DNA of 63,298 bases, counting the filler, from Folioceros fuciformis (taxonomy: Eukaryota): the NCBI GenBank assembly GCA_049999805.1. It is 17 parts of 17 records of this genome, joined end to end, with 100 filler letters (N's around TTAATTAATTAA, not from the genome) between each part and the next. Parts side by side here need not be neighbours in the genome. Positions count along the whole stretch, not along the records: positions 46,689 to 50,225 come from JBNGIO010001422.1; positions 50,326 to 52,186 come from JBNGIO010001423.1; positions 52,287 to 61,926 come from JBNGIO010001424.1; positions 62,027 to 63,298 come from JBNGIO010001428.1; 13 more parts are not named here. One strand, 5' to 3'. This document shows, one piece after another, positions 50,033 through 62,499 of the stretch (position 1 is its first letter; every line of letters begins with the position of its first letter). The position numbers and the translations under genes were made by a program. The notes beneath the pieces are model-generated. The model was not told the DNA's origin. It ran no database searches and saw nothing but the letters and a program-made list of their open reading frames with translations.

Positions 50033-52286
50033 TGTCCTTTCTGCTTCTTCATTTCCACACTAGAGAAATGCAGCTGTCTGTGGAGGAAAATAGGAAAGGA
50101 GAACTCGGCAAGGTGATGCATCACCTGCATTGCACCTCCGTGTACCCTTGGCTTCCATTGACCCAGTTTCCTGGGATCCCGACCACGTACGACTATGACG
50201 TACATACTTCTTGCACTACAGCCTTNNNNNNNNNNNNNNNNNNNNNNNNNNNNNNNNNNNNNNNNNNNNTTAATTAATTAANNNNNNNNNNNNNNNNNNN
50301 NNNNNNNNNNNNNNNNNNNNNNNNNATCCCAACATCCCAGCTTGTAGCCCAGACGCCCAGGCTAGTCATACAAAGGAATCTCTTTCTCCCTCCCTGCCTG
50401 CGTGCGTCTGCAGTCACGCTCGGAATCGGATCACCTTCCCTTCCCTCTCACACCTCCCGAGTCCCCCAGCCTCCGTGCCTGCCTACCCCCATGTATGCAT
50501 GTATGTATGTGTACGTACATCCCATCCCTACATCATTCGTTCATTCACACATGCCACGAGACGACACAATTACGCCTATCCCTGCCTGACAACGTACGCA
50601 ATACTGTCTCCCACATATTATACTTACGACACATACATACATACATACGTATAGACCCCAGGAAACAGGTAGTGTAGCTCGTCAATTAAGTGGGAAAACA
50701 AAAACAAGGGGGCAAACCCAAACAAACATCCCCACCCACCCCCCTTAAGGATAGCAGCAGCTGCTGCTGGTTCTCTGAACCTCCCTTCCAAAGGCATTCA
50801 ATGCACACCACCTAGCCTAGACGGCATTTAAATTCCACCCTTGGCCGTTGCAACTGCCGTCCCGCTATATAAACCTACCCTGCTCCTGTTCCCTTCCTGC
50901 ACGCAACGCAGCAGCCAACACCCGGTTCCACGGGCTGGACTCTGGACCCCGGCCTGGGCCTCAGTATCCCCTCTACCTCCGGAGGCTTTTTGGGGCGCCC
51001 CTGTTATCTTGTTCGCAGCCCACCATGTCGACGTCTCCTCACCCGAGCTCGACACTCTACCCACGTAACATACAGTATCTGTACATATCTATCGTCAAGC
51101 ACACTCGGAACTGCCCAGCCACGCACCAGCTTCTCCACCCATCTGGTGGGCCACACAACAAGATACACACACCTGCCGCACCACACACAACACCCTTTCA
51201 AATTTACGCGTGTTGCAGACACATACCGCCAAGTTCCACAACAATTTCTGCCTTGCGATTCTTTAACCACCAGCGCCAGGCCCTAGCTAGCCCCTAGCCC
51301 CGGCGCACCCCCGCCACCACCAACTGTCTCTGCTTAGAATGGTGCTACGCCTTCAGAACTCTGCCGCAAAATGGAATGTGATTGGCATGCATGGATCACA
51401 GATTTGAAGACCTACACTATGCTACACTACTCCAGCTAACTTCTACATCACCAAGGATAGCATGAATACGGATGAACCATCCCATCGGCAATTGCTGCCC
51501 CCAACCTGGACTAACGCTACTTCACTGCAACATCGAACACCACGGGATTAGCCCTAGGTGTTAAGAGGGTCGCCGTTTTATCCCGCAAGCCCCACCGCCT
51601 GATATATATATCAACATCGAAGTCTTTCTGAGGAACTACAGTATCGTGCACCCCTTCTGCTTTTTCTTCTTCTTTTTCTGTTTCGGTGGCTGGAGGACAA
51701 CTTTGATGGCCGAATCAAACACGGCCTTCACATTCTGAAACAAACAGACACAAGCACCCACCACCATAATCATGCAACCCATCACTCACTTTCCCCTCTC
51801 CTGCACCAGTAGCACCCGTAAAAGACGTCAAGTACCTGCTGGGTCTTGGAACTGCATTCGATATATGCAGCAGCGCCGATCTGCTTTCTCAACTCCTCAC
51901 CCTGCATATTAACCTCCAACAGTAGTCATGCACCACGTTCACACATTCCCCCACGTCTCCATCCCAGCACAACGTGTCATCCTTGTCAAACCACGCTTGC
52001 TCACCTGAGATGTGCTGATGGGAGCCGCTCCCGTATGGTCAGCGAGGAATTGCTTGTCATCGCGCAGATCTGCAAACATACAGGAACAGAGGCCTCATAT
52101 CAAACAAGGGCCAAAAACAACACGTCCATGATAAACCAGCAACCATGGGATCCACACAGAATTCTTGGGGGTGTGAGGGAGGGAAGNNNNNNNNNNNNNN
52201 NNNNNNNNNNNNNNNNNNNNNNNNNNNNNNTTAATTAATTAANNNNNNNNNNNNNNNNNNNNNNNNNNNNNNNNNNNNNNNNNNNN

Positions 52287-53884
52287 CCTACTGCGGCAGA
52301 ACAGGTTTGGACGGAGGCGGCCATGGGGAGGCCACCCTGTTCCCCTACAAGCATCAGCAGGAGCGCCATGGTTTGCAGCAGGACGCAGCTTGCGCAGCTT
52401 CCGGCAGCAGCAGCAGCAGCTACCTTCAATACAACCACCTTCCCTACAAAACGATGGCCATGAACGGCAGCAGCAGCGCCGCAACAAACTCTCCGCAGCT
52501 ACAGGCTCTACGAGACTTCATGTCCTACGGCAGCAGCCTGCAGCAGCAGCCGGGCAGCAACAGCCCTGGACCTGGACCTGGTCCAGGCCCCGGTCCCGGA
52601 GCGCCGCGCCTCCGGGGCCTCAACAGCGCCACCCTGTTTCTTCAGCTGGGAGAGGAGCAGGAGTGTCACGGCCAGCTAGAACAGGAAGCTGCGGAAAGGG
52701 AGCAACTGCAGAATCAGGCCACCACCGCTCCCAACCAGGATGCCATGGCCAGCTACAGGGCTCTTTGCCACGCGGAAATGCTGGCAGCCGCTGCTGCCAA
52801 TGCAAGCGCTCAGCTGGAACGCAGCCCACATCGCAGCCAGTTCCAGCGAGAAAACCACATTATGGCCGAGCGGCAGCGCAGGGAGGAGATGAACGAAAAG
52901 TTCACCGCTCTGCGCTCCATGATTCCCAAAGCCACCAAGGTACACACCAACCACATTCATTCTATATCTGCCCTCTGCCCTGGCCTGCCCTGCCATCACC
53001 TGACCTGCCCTGCCCCTCGTAATGAATCTGTCTCCGTCCATGTCTCTGTCGTGCTCTGTCGCTGGTTTTCCATTTTCAGGGGTTTTCTCGTTTTGTTTTT
53101 TTTTTCTCTCTGGGTGCTCGGTTGATGACCACCCGTCATTCACTGCGCGCCGCGTAGAAAGACAAGGCGTCCATTGTGGGAGACACCATCAACTACGTGC
53201 TGGAGCTGGAGAAGACTTTGAAGCACCTTCAAGCCTGCAAGGCCGCGAGGAAAGGACCTTTTCCCTTGCCCTTGCCTGTGCTCTCGTCCGCCGTGAAAAA
53301 GGCCATAAACAGCGTTCCCTGCAATACCACCTTTCCCGACGAGCAACAGCAGCAGTCGCAGGCGGAGGCGGAGGCGGAAGGAGACTCGGTGGATCAGGCC
53401 AGTGTTGCTATGTGTGCTGCAGGATCTGATCATGACACTGTGTTACCTTGCCACCAGCACCAAGCCTCGCTAGTCGGCCCTCCCCACCGGGTGCCCGCAG
53501 CAGCAGCAGCTGCTGCTGCAGATGAGCCTGCCCACGTGGAGGTTCAAAAGCTGAGAGATCAAGCTGTGATTAAGATCATCTGCAGCAGAAGCCCTGGTCT
53601 GGTGTTTCGCATCTTGCACGCCTTGGATGAGTGCAAAGTGGATCTTCTCCAGGGGAATGTCACAACCGTGGATGATAACACTGTACACTTCATCACTGTC
53701 CAGGTACTACCACTCCTTCTGCTCCTTCCGCACAAGCGTGACATTCCCCATGCGGTGTGTGTCAGCGCTAACCCGTTTTTCTTTTTTTCTCTTTCCCCCT
53801 CTCCTGCAGCTAGATGCTGGAAGCAGCGCAAGCACTGAGGACTTGGTTGTCGCCCTGCAAAATGCTTCGAACGCCATTGGCTAG
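52287..53884 (+). CDS. bHLH transcription factor with C-terminal ACT-like domain (5' end in gap)
   Basis: HIMAERQRREEMNEKFTALRSMIP|KDKASIVGDTINYV; VEVQ...IKIIC...GLVFRILHAL. Confidence 0.93.
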
Positions 53885-54299
53885 GCCCAGGCCTCCACAC
53901 ATTTGCAACTATTTCGTTGCTCCTTGTTTAATACTAACATGGATACCCAGCGCCCCGCCCGTCCAGTGTCCGTGTTTGACATCATCCACGGGGTCCGCAA
54001 CAAATTCCGGATGTGCGGAATATGTATGTATGTACTTAAAACTGCACCAGTCAACTATATCTCATCTACTGATACGTACATATTTACATACCCTTCCGCA
54101 TTGTAGATTGCCTCCTTCCCTTCCTGATCCTCCTCCTGCTCCTCTATGCTGTAAGTTGTGAATTCATCGGATATCCCACATGAGAGGAAGGCCCAAGCAC
54201 TCATGCTCGGCTTTGTTAACACGAGAAACGCAGGCGTCGTATGTACGCATCAAACTCAGACAGCTCTTGGACAAGCCTACTTCCTCTGATCTTCAGGAT

Positions 54300-54700
54300 T
54301 CAGCATCCCAAATTGTGTTTTCCTCTTGTCGGAGCTGAGCCTCTCAACCCACAGGGCTCTGGACAGCACGCTACGAACTCGTCCATCCCTGACGTCTCTG
54401 AAATGATAAGATGAATTGCAACGTCAACCAGCCATACGTACGTGCACTTGACCTATCCGACCTGCAGGCCTCGGGAAGGGAAGCAGCAATTGCATCGCTA
54501 GGGAATTTGACAAGCTGCACTGGATCTACACGTCGACCTGCAGGCGTTGGGGCGGGGAGGGAAGCGTCAATAAATGCATCGTTGGGAATTGGCAAACAGC
54601 CTTTGATCCACAACCTGCAGACCTAGGGAAGGGATAGACCTAGCAGCGCTTGCATCGCTAGGGATTGACAACATGTACGCCTTTCCTTGGCAATGCCATC
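54300..54700 (+). pseudogene. Degenerate extracellular LRR (LRRNT plus ~3 LRR units)
   Basis: W...HP*RL*..MNC....VRALDLS...IASLGNLTS; three ~76-bp imperfect repeats. Confidence 0.5.
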
Positions 54701-55794
54701 AGGATGCACATGACTAGCTACTCGGGCCCCGACTCCACGACAACTTGCAGCCACAGGAAAATGCTCCTTGCAGTAATCCCAAAAGAGTGAACAGGTCGAA
54801 GTAAGAGGCGAGCCAGATGATGGTCTCGACACGGGATGATGTTTGTTAACATTTCTTTGAGTGATCAGCGTCCCCCACCGTGTACTGTCCACCTTGATCA
54901 TCCACGTCTCACAAGCAAGATCCGGACACGTCCTGGGAGCAGCAGCCAGGCCTGCTTCCACCCAAGCCTGTGTCCAGAATCACGATACCGATTGGTCAGC
55001 TTCTTAGCCTGATACCGGCTCTCGGTTTTCCTAGGGACAGCCCCTCCTCAAGAAGAGCCAGCCAGATATGCACACTGTGTGCGCTCAACTTGTGCCTGTG
55101 TCTCACAATTGGTACGTAACTGCATGGTACCGGCGGAAACAAACACCTACTGTACGTGAGAGGAGAGAAGAGAGGAACGGCTGGTACACATCAGATCTTA
55201 GGGAATTAATACGACGTACTACACGCAACGTACGTACCGCCCGCGTCTACCGTAGGCATCTGATGAGAGGATCTGACCTCTCTTGGAAACTAATTCCATG
55301 GAATGGGGTGCCGTGAAAATGACGGCTCCTGGATTACGACATTCGCGGAGGATCCCAGTGAGAGACGCCATTTGAGTACCTCACGTTTTATGTTGTCTGT
55401 TTCCGCGCGGTGGATGTTAGCTTCCCAGTTGCAGGATTACGACACCCACCCGGAGGGAAAACTGAGTCCGTGCTCACGCTGATCTCGGCCTACCTTCACA
55501 TCTGTGATTATCGGCGCAACAACCCATTCTATGCAGCGTGCGGGGGCATCCACCTTGCGCTGCAGGTGTTCGCATGGGTTTACCTTTGCGCAGTGTAATG
55601 TCTTGAATTGCGATTTGCTTGCTGCATATACTCCGAGGGTGCAGGAGAAGTCGCTCTGAAGCTGTATGGAACAGAGACGGTAAAGGTTGCGGGGGCGAGG
55701 GTCCAGGGGGTGAAGCCTCAAGCAGTAAGTAGACTTCGCGACTGCGATGCAAGCTCGTGAAACCCTGGCCGAAAAGGAGGTAAGGGCAAGTTGT

Positions 55795-58700
55795 TCATGG
55801 ACGACGCCTTGATTGACTCTGCGGATGCTTCCAATTCTCATCGCCCACCAAGAAACTGTGCACTAGTCCATCCCTGTCCGTCCACCAGCTCTGACCTGGC
55901 TGCTTCCATGCCCTGATGGTTGTCCTCCTCGCCTGCACCTTCTGAGCCTGCTCCCACATCTGGGAGCTCGTGTATATATTTAACATCAACTGATATGCTG
56001 CACCATCGTTCTTGTCTAGCTTCACCGCCTCATCAAAAGAACAGCATCCAACCTCCACGTTGCTCCACTTTCGACAAGCGCCCAAGAGAGTGTGCCACAC
56101 TGCAGCGTTAGGCATTACAGGCATCGTCCTTACAAAACCCAGAGCCTCATCCAGATGCCCTGCACGACTCAGGAGATCTACCATGCAGGAGTAGTGTATT
56201 TCCGTGGGAGTGATGCCGTAGTGTGTGCTCATAGCGTCGAAGTACTCCCGCCCTGTATTCACTAGGCCAGCATGGCTACACACTGTTAACACACTTAAGA
56301 ATGTGATTCCATCTGGAAGTAGACCATCCCCGCTCATTCTCTGAAACAGGTGAAAAACTGCTTCACTGTCACCTTGACAGGTGTAGCCTGCAATCAGTCC
56401 ATTCCAGATGACCACATCTCTTTCGGGTAACACATCAAACACATGCTGTGCATCAAAAGTGCTCCCAGACTTTCCATACATGTTAATCAAACTGCCGGCT
56501 ACAAATACATCACTCTGCAGCCCTTGTTCTAAAATCTTTGCATGCAGCTGCCTTCCGAGATCCAAAGCTGCCACGTTTGCACAGGCTTGCAGGAGGAAAA
56601 CGAATGTCACCGAATCTGGCATAGCCATGCCGTCTTCTAGCATAGCGCTGTACAGACGAAGGGCTTCCTGCCCCATTCCCACCTGAGAATATCCTGAGAT
56701 CATTGAATTCCATGTCACCACATTTTTTTCACTGAGCTCATCGAACACCCTCTGAGCATCTTCCAAGCTACCACACTTTGCATACATGTTAACCAAACTG
56801 TTCGCTACTGACAAGTCAGATTGAAATCCTCTTTCTTGGATTTGCACGTGAAGCTGCTTCCCTTTCTCCAAGGCCAGGGTTCCAACGGTTGCACATGCCT
56901 GTAAGAGGCAAACGAATGTCACAGAATCCGGTGCCATCCCTCTCTTCTGCATAGTGCTGTAGAGAAGGAAAGCATCCTGCCCCTTGCCCTGTTGAGAGTG
57001 CCCTGCTATCATGGCATTCCATGTCGCCAAATCTTTCTCACCGAGTTCTTCAAACAATATCTGAGCATCGTCCATCCTGCCACACTTTGCATACATGTTC
57101 ACCAAGCTGCTGCTTACAAAGACGTCAGCTTCATATCCTCGTTCCTTGATCTCCATATGAACCTGCTTCCCCTTCTCCAGAGCCACTATACCCAGATTTG
57201 CACATGCCTGCAAGAGGCACACAAATGTCACGGAATCAGGAACTGCCCTGCCCTCTTCCTGCATAACCCTGTACAGGTGAAGAGCTTCCTCTCCCATTCC
57301 CTGCTGAGAATACCCAGCTATCATGGCATTCCAGGTCACCACGTTTTTCTCACCGAGTGTGTCAAACACCCTCCGAGCATCCTCCAAACTGCCGCACATT
57401 GCATACATGCTCACCAAGCTGGTGGCCACAAACAGATCAGTTCCGTGTCCTCGTTCTAGTACTTCCACATGAAGCTGTTTTCCCTTCTCCAATGCCTGGG
57501 AGCCTACACTTGCACATGCCTGCAAAAGGGAAACAAATGTCACCGAATCGGGTAGAGCCATGCTGCCTGCTTGCATAGTTCCGTAAAGATAAAGGGCATC
57601 CTTCCCCATGCCTTGCTGAGAGTACCCTGCTATCATGGCATTCCATGTCACCACGTCTTTCTCACAAAGTTCGTCAAAAACTGAGCGTGCATCCTCCAAG
57701 CTGCCACACTTAGCATACATGTTCACCAAACTGTTGCCTACCAAAATGTCAGCTTGGTATCCCAGCTTCCTGATCTTCATGTGAAGTTGACTACCCTTTT
57801 CCAATGACAGAGAGCCCACAGTTGCACAAGCCTGCAGGAGCCACACAAATGTCACAGAATCAGGTTCAACAATGCCCTCGTCTTCCATACTGGTGTAGAG
57901 ATCGAGGGCCTCCTGCCCCATACCTTGGCGGGAATACCCGGATATCATGAGATTCCAGGTGACCAAGTCCTTTGCATCAAGATCATCGAACGCTCTCTGA
58001 GCTTCTTCTATGTTGCCACAATTTAGATACATATTCACCAAGCTGTTGGTAACAAACACGTCGACTTGATGCCCCCGTTCCAAGATCTGCATGTGAAGGA
58101 GCTTGCCATCCTGCAACGCCGAAGTCCCTACACTTGAGCATGCCTGAAGGAGGCACACAAACGTCACGGAATCTGGTACAACCAAGCCTTCTTGTTGCAT
58201 ACCATTGTACAGACGGAGAGCTTCTTGACCCATGCCCTGCTGGGAATAGCCTGCTATCATGGCATTCCACGTCACCACGTTTTTCTCATCAAGTGTGTCA
58301 AACAATGTCTGGGCGTCCTTCACGCTGCCACACTTGGCATACATGTTCACCAAACTGTTGGCTACAAACATATCAGCTTGATGACCTTGTGCCTGGATTT
58401 CGGCATGAAGGTTCTTGCCCATGTCCAACAGCGCAGTGCCAACACTAGCACATGCGTGAAGAAGGGAGACGAATGTGACAGAATCAGGTTTCGCCAAGCC
58501 TTCTTGTGCCATAGCATTGTAGAGACTAAGGGCTTCCAAGATCATGCCCTGCTGACAATACCCTGCTATCATAACATTCCATGTCACTACATCTTTCCAA
58601 CGAAGGGCGTCAAAGAGTATCTGAGCATCCTGAAGGCTGCCACACTTTGCATACATGTTCAACAAACTGTTGGCTACAGAAAGATGAGCGTCATGCCCTC

Positions 58701-60114
58701 CTTCTTTGATTCGGGCATGGAGTTGCTTCCCCTGGTCCAGGGCCCGGGTGCCCACACTTGCGCATGCCTGTAGGAGGCAAACAAATGTCACGGAATCCGG
58801 CACAGCCACAGCATCGTCCTGCATAGCAATATACAAACGAAGAGCCTCCTGCCCAGAACCTTGCTGAGAATATCCCGCCATCAAGGAATTCCACGACACC
58901 AAATCTTTCGTGTCAAGTGTGTCGAACAATTTGTGAGCGTCTTCCAGACTGCCACACTTTGCATACATGTTCACCAAACTGTTGGCTACAAATACATCAG
59001 CTTGATGTCCTCGCTGGTTGATTTCTACGTGAAGCTCCTTCCCCTCCGCCAATGCCATAGAACCCACAGCTGCGCAGGCTCGCAGAAGGCAGGCAAAAGT
59101 CACGGAGTTGGCTACAGCCTTGCCATCCAGCACCATAGACTTGTACAAACGAAGGGCTTCCTGCCCCTTGCCTTGCTGGGAATATCCTGCAATCATCGCA
59201 GTCCACGTCACCACATCCTTTTGAGCAAGACCGTCGAAGAGGCTTCGTGCGTCTTCCAAGCAGCCACATTTGGCATACATGTTCACCAAGGAGTTATGGA
59301 CAAACAAATTAGATGCGAGGCCGGTGGCCAAAATATCAGCATGCACCTGCCGGCCTGATTTCAAGTCTTGGGCCCTGGCACAAGCCTGAAGGGCTACCAC
59401 GAATACACGACCGTCTGGATTCACGCTTAACCTGCGCATCCGATAATAGAGTAGTATGGCCTCCCTGTGTTGTCCGTGCTTTGCATGCGCAGATATCATG
59501 GAACGCCACATGAAGGCATCCGGTTTCGGGGTAACTTCGTCAGAGACGTCCATCGCCTCTTGTACACGGCGATGAGTAGCATACGTTCGCATCAAGTGGT
59601 TGCACAAGAAGTTGTATGGCTGGTGGCCCTGTCTCACTGCACAAGCATGCACTCGGCGAGTGAGATTGACATCCTTGTGGTGAAAGAAAGGTGTGGAAAA
59701 GGGACGGTGTGTCCGTAACAGACGCTCCAAAGCATCAACAGCCTGAGCAAGATGGCCGTAGGTACATAGTCTCCTCAGAGCTTCTGCTGGGACAACGCTG
59801 TAAGCTGCAACCCTGCGACCCAGCCCCATGTGCAGAGCAGCAAGTTGCGCATCCACGCAAGCCGGCTTGTAGGTGTTATCGAACCAGGGGAGCTCCTGGG
59901 ACCAACTGCCTGTGATGCCTGTTATCGCAAGGCAGTGTGGGGTCCCGAAACAATTACCTCCATGACTCTTCCTGGCGACCACCCTCGGTAGCAGATCCGT
60001 GTCCAGGCAGGCATCCCGTTGGACGGGCTGGAAATGTTGCAGAGGTGCTGAAATGCGCCCAAGCTTGTGTGCTTGAAGCCAGACGAAGGGGTGAAGCTGT
60101 TGGATGTGTGACAC
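55795..60114 (-). CDS. PLS-class PPR protein (~11 P-L-S triplets, E1-E2, WW-type PG box, no DYW domain); true start uncertain
   Basis: Repeating VVTWNAMI / SVTFVCLLQAC / FVANSLVNMYAKCG; ends KQPGQSWWTD..LVHSFLVGD..HPQ then stop. Confidence 0.96.
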   Translation of the reverse strand: MSHIQQLHPFVWLQAHKLGRISAPLQHFQPVQRDACLDTDLLPRVVARKSHGGNCFGTPHCLAITGITGSWSQELPWFDNTYKPACVDAQLAALHMGLGRRVAAYSVVPAEALRRLCTYGHLAQAVDALERLLRTHRPFSTPFFHHKDVNLTRRVHACAVRQGHQPYNFLCNHLMRTYATHRRVQEAMDVSDEVTPKPDAFMWRSMISAHAKHGQHREAILLYYRMRRLSVNPDGRVFVVALQACARAQDLKSGRQVHADILATGLASNLFVHNSLVNMYAKCGCLEDARSLFDGLAQKDVVTWTAMIAGYSQQGKGQEALRLYKSMVLDGKAVANSVTFACLLRACAAVGSMALAEGKELHVEINQRGHQADVFVANSLVNMYAKCGSLEDAHKLFDTLDTKDLVSWNSLMAGYSQQGSGQEALRLYIAMQDDAVAVPDSVTFVCLLQACASVGTRALDQGKQLHARIKEGGHDAHLSVANSLLNMYAKCGSLQDAQILFDALRWKDVVTWNVMIAGYCQQGMILEALSLYNAMAQEGLAKPDSVTFVSLLHACASVGTALLDMGKNLHAEIQAQGHQADMFVANSLVNMYAKCGSVKDAQTLFDTLDEKNVVTWNAMIAGYSQQGMGQEALRLYNGMQQEGLVVPDSVTFVCLLQACSSVGTSALQDGKLLHMQILERGHQVDVFVTNSLVNMYLNCGNIEEAQRAFDDLDAKDLVTWNLMISGYSRQGMGQEALDLYTSMEDEGIVEPDSVTFVWLLQACATVGSLSLEKGSQLHMKIRKLGYQADILVGNSLVNMYAKCGSLEDARSVFDELCEKDVVTWNAMIAGYSQQGMGKDALYLYGTMQAGSMALPDSVTFVSLLQACASVGSQALEKGKQLHVEVLERGHGTDLFVATSLVSMYAMCGSLEDARRVFDTLGEKNVVTWNAMIAGYSQQGMGEEALHLYRVMQEEGRAVPDSVTFVCLLQACANLGIVALEKGKQVHMEIKERGYEADVFVSSSLVNMYAKCGRMDDAQILFEELGEKDLATWNAMIAGHSQQGKGQDAFLLYSTMQKRGMAPDSVTFVCLLQACATVGTLALEKGKQLHVQIQERGFQSDLSVANSLVNMYAKCGSLEDAQRVFDELSEKNVVTWNSMISGYSQVGMGQEALRLYSAMLEDGMAMPDSVTFVFLLQACANVAALDLGRQLHAKILEQGLQSDVFVAGSLINMYGKSGSTFDAQHVFDVLPERDVVIWNGLIAGYTCQGDSEAVFHLFQRMSGDGLLPDGITFLSVLTVCSHAGLVNTGREYFDAMSTHYGITPTEIHYSCMVDLLSRAGHLDEALGFVRTMPVMPNAAVWHTLLGACRKWSNVEVGCCSFDEAVKLDKNDGAAYQLMLNIYTSSQMWEQAQKVQARRTTIRAWKQPGQSWWTDRDGLVHSFLVGDENWKHPQSQSRRRP

Positions 60115-61499
60115 CCAGAAGCCCAGCCGCCATATGAATGACTGGCAGGACAGGCGGATGCGGGAGGCGCGGAGCCTTGGGTGCGCATCACCATGGATTC
60201 CTCAACCTGGTCGGCCATGGTCTGCGGATGGGCGGAGCTGTGATCACAGATAGGAGCACTGCGGGGTAGGAGTTGGCTAGCCAGCTCAAATAGCTGCGCT
60301 CTCCACGTTCGCCCTGCCTGCGCGTGTGCAAAACATCCTACACAACAGTACAACAAAATGATTGCGCGGTAAGGACATGTACAGTGCTGCACTCCTCTGG
60401 CTTTCACATCGAAGAAGACAAGCTTCCTCTTCACTGCGAAAAGTGCGAATCGGTCAGCGCTATCTCAGGGCCGGGTTCCCGCGAGCTAAATAATAAGGTT
60501 AATTTATAATCTCATTCTAAAAGAGCATGAGCTAAATAAATAATAAGGTTAATTTATAATCTCATTCTAGGAGAGCATGAGATCATAAGAGATAGTCTAG
60601 AGTCCATCCAGGCACCTTCCAGGCATAACATGGTCATGTGATTCCCCTTGTTCTCCGTGTTGTGCCATAGAGTTTCCTCTCCTTTCCACTGGTATTCGTG
60701 TACACACGAATGGCCTCCTCCATGTTGCAATCTATGAAAGCCTCATCAAGCTTGATATGGACATGGTGGCAGTGTTTAGCACGACACAACGCATCACAAG
60801 ACCTCAGCAAATAATTTTGACCTATAGATTAAAGTCTTTTTTTTTTAATTCCTCAAGATAGTTTATACTTCAGTACAATATCAAATAGACCCTTTTAGTC
60901 TAAACTTGGAGGCCTAAAGCTATTTACCTTAAAAAGAAAAGATTTTTTTAAATTAAACCAAAAAATTCAAAAAAAAATACTCAAAAACATGAAAACGGAA
61001 GATTATGTAGCACTCCAGCAACCCGTTGTACTCGGAGTGGGTGGGATAAAAAAAAAAATCAAGAAATACTATTTTATTTTGGTAAATTCGGGGTTTTCAA
61101 AGTGGAGGCATGCCAGACATACGAAGGCCATCTAGGAATGGGCTGGCGCAGGTCACAATCATCCTAGATTCGATGTACCTATCATCATGGAGAGAAGAGA
61201 GTGTAACCATCTCGGGACGGTTGTAGGAGTGCCAGCGATAGCAGCATAAGCTCTTACGTTGGCACATGCTCGCCCTTACACCCCAGGCAGCCCTCCCTCT
61301 CCCTTCCACCACTCTGTCACAGCCTCATTCTAACGCCCTCCCTCTCCTTCGTCTTTTCATCTTCCTCTCCTTTGCATTCTCCCCTCCCACGATGGATCTC
61401 CATGACACATAAGATGGCTACCTCACCTGCGAATCCACGCTTCCTCTCCCCCTCAGCATCTCCATCGTCCCTCATGGCACTAAGGCAGTTCCTCAAAGC

Positions 61500-61911
61500 A
61501 GGTAGCGTTTGGCAGATTAATGAGGATCAAATCTAGTGACCAGCAAGGAGCAACGGACCAAGGGGTCCTCCACTTGAACTCCCACCGAAATAAGGCCTTG
61601 GTGAAGGAGGCTGCCGCAACACTCTTGACAGAAGGGTCTTTCAAAACTAACAACGAGTGGTTAATCCACGATATTAAGGACCTATGGATTGGGGAGTAGC
61701 ACAACTCATCGTGAATTGGCTACCGGTCACCAAGATGGACCATGTCGTGGATGGAGTCCCGTTGCTCTTTACATGTTGGCCTAGAAAACACCGGGGGACA
61801 CCAGTGGACTGGGGGAAAGTTGTGGCACATCGAATCCAGTCCGATGTTAGGAAGCTTAGGCAGGAGAAACCTCCTGCCTCAGTACTATTCCCATTCTTAT
61901 TCCATATCTAG
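61500..61911 (+). mobile_element. Third, diverged copy of the retroelement accessory ORF
   Basis: AAATLLTEGSFKTNNEWLIHDI ~ AAETLLKAGTRKEANGWLVHDM; VDWGKVV...LFPFLFHI. Confidence 0.65.
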
Positions 61912-62026
61912 GGACATTACCGGGTCNNNNNNNNNNNNNNNNNNNNNNNNNNNNNNNNNNNNNNNNNNNNTTAATTAATTAANNNNNNNNNNNNNNNNNN
62001 NNNNNNNNNNNNNNNNNNNNNNNNNN

Positions 62027-62499
62027 AGGTTGAGAATCAAATTGGGAAGCTGATGGTCAAGCTTTTGAAAGATCAGGATTTTGAGATTGGTGACGACACA
62101 ACTGGGGTTGTAGTCACAGCAGATACACTCTTGGAGCAGGCGGAAGAGCTACTAGATCGGGGCATCCGCCCCATTGGGATCGCTGAGGGGTATGAGATAG
62201 CGTCTAAGGTCGCCACTGAGCACTTGAATCACATCGCGCACAAGTCTGACTTCAGTGCAGATAATGCTGAGCCTCTCATTCAGACATGCATGACGACGCT
62301 ATCTTCCAAGATAGTGGGTAGGTGCAAACGGATGCTGGCGGAAATTGCAGTGAAAGCTGTGCTTGCTGTGGCGGATTTGGAGAGACGTGATGTCAACCTT
62401 GACTTGATTAAGGTTGAAGGAAAAGTTGGTGGTAGGCTAGAGGATGCAAAGATTGCCATTCTGACCTGCCCATTCGAACCACCGAAGCATCCCCAATAG
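62027..62499 (+). pseudogene. CCT5: Processed pseudogene fragment of chaperonin CCT epsilon
   Basis: [43 protein letters not shown] changed to GDDTT; internal deletion; no introns; truncated. Confidence 0.88.

Noticed and set aside
55437-55841. Frameshifted DYW domain after the PPR
   Set aside because: No HxE, CxxC or DYW-like terminus seen in the listed downstream frames
20464-60114. Treating genes on different contigs as one functional cluster
   Set aside because: Linkage across the spacers is unverified and the functions are unrelated
60483-60580. ~50-bp tandem duplication
   Set aside because: Ordinary local duplication with no further structure
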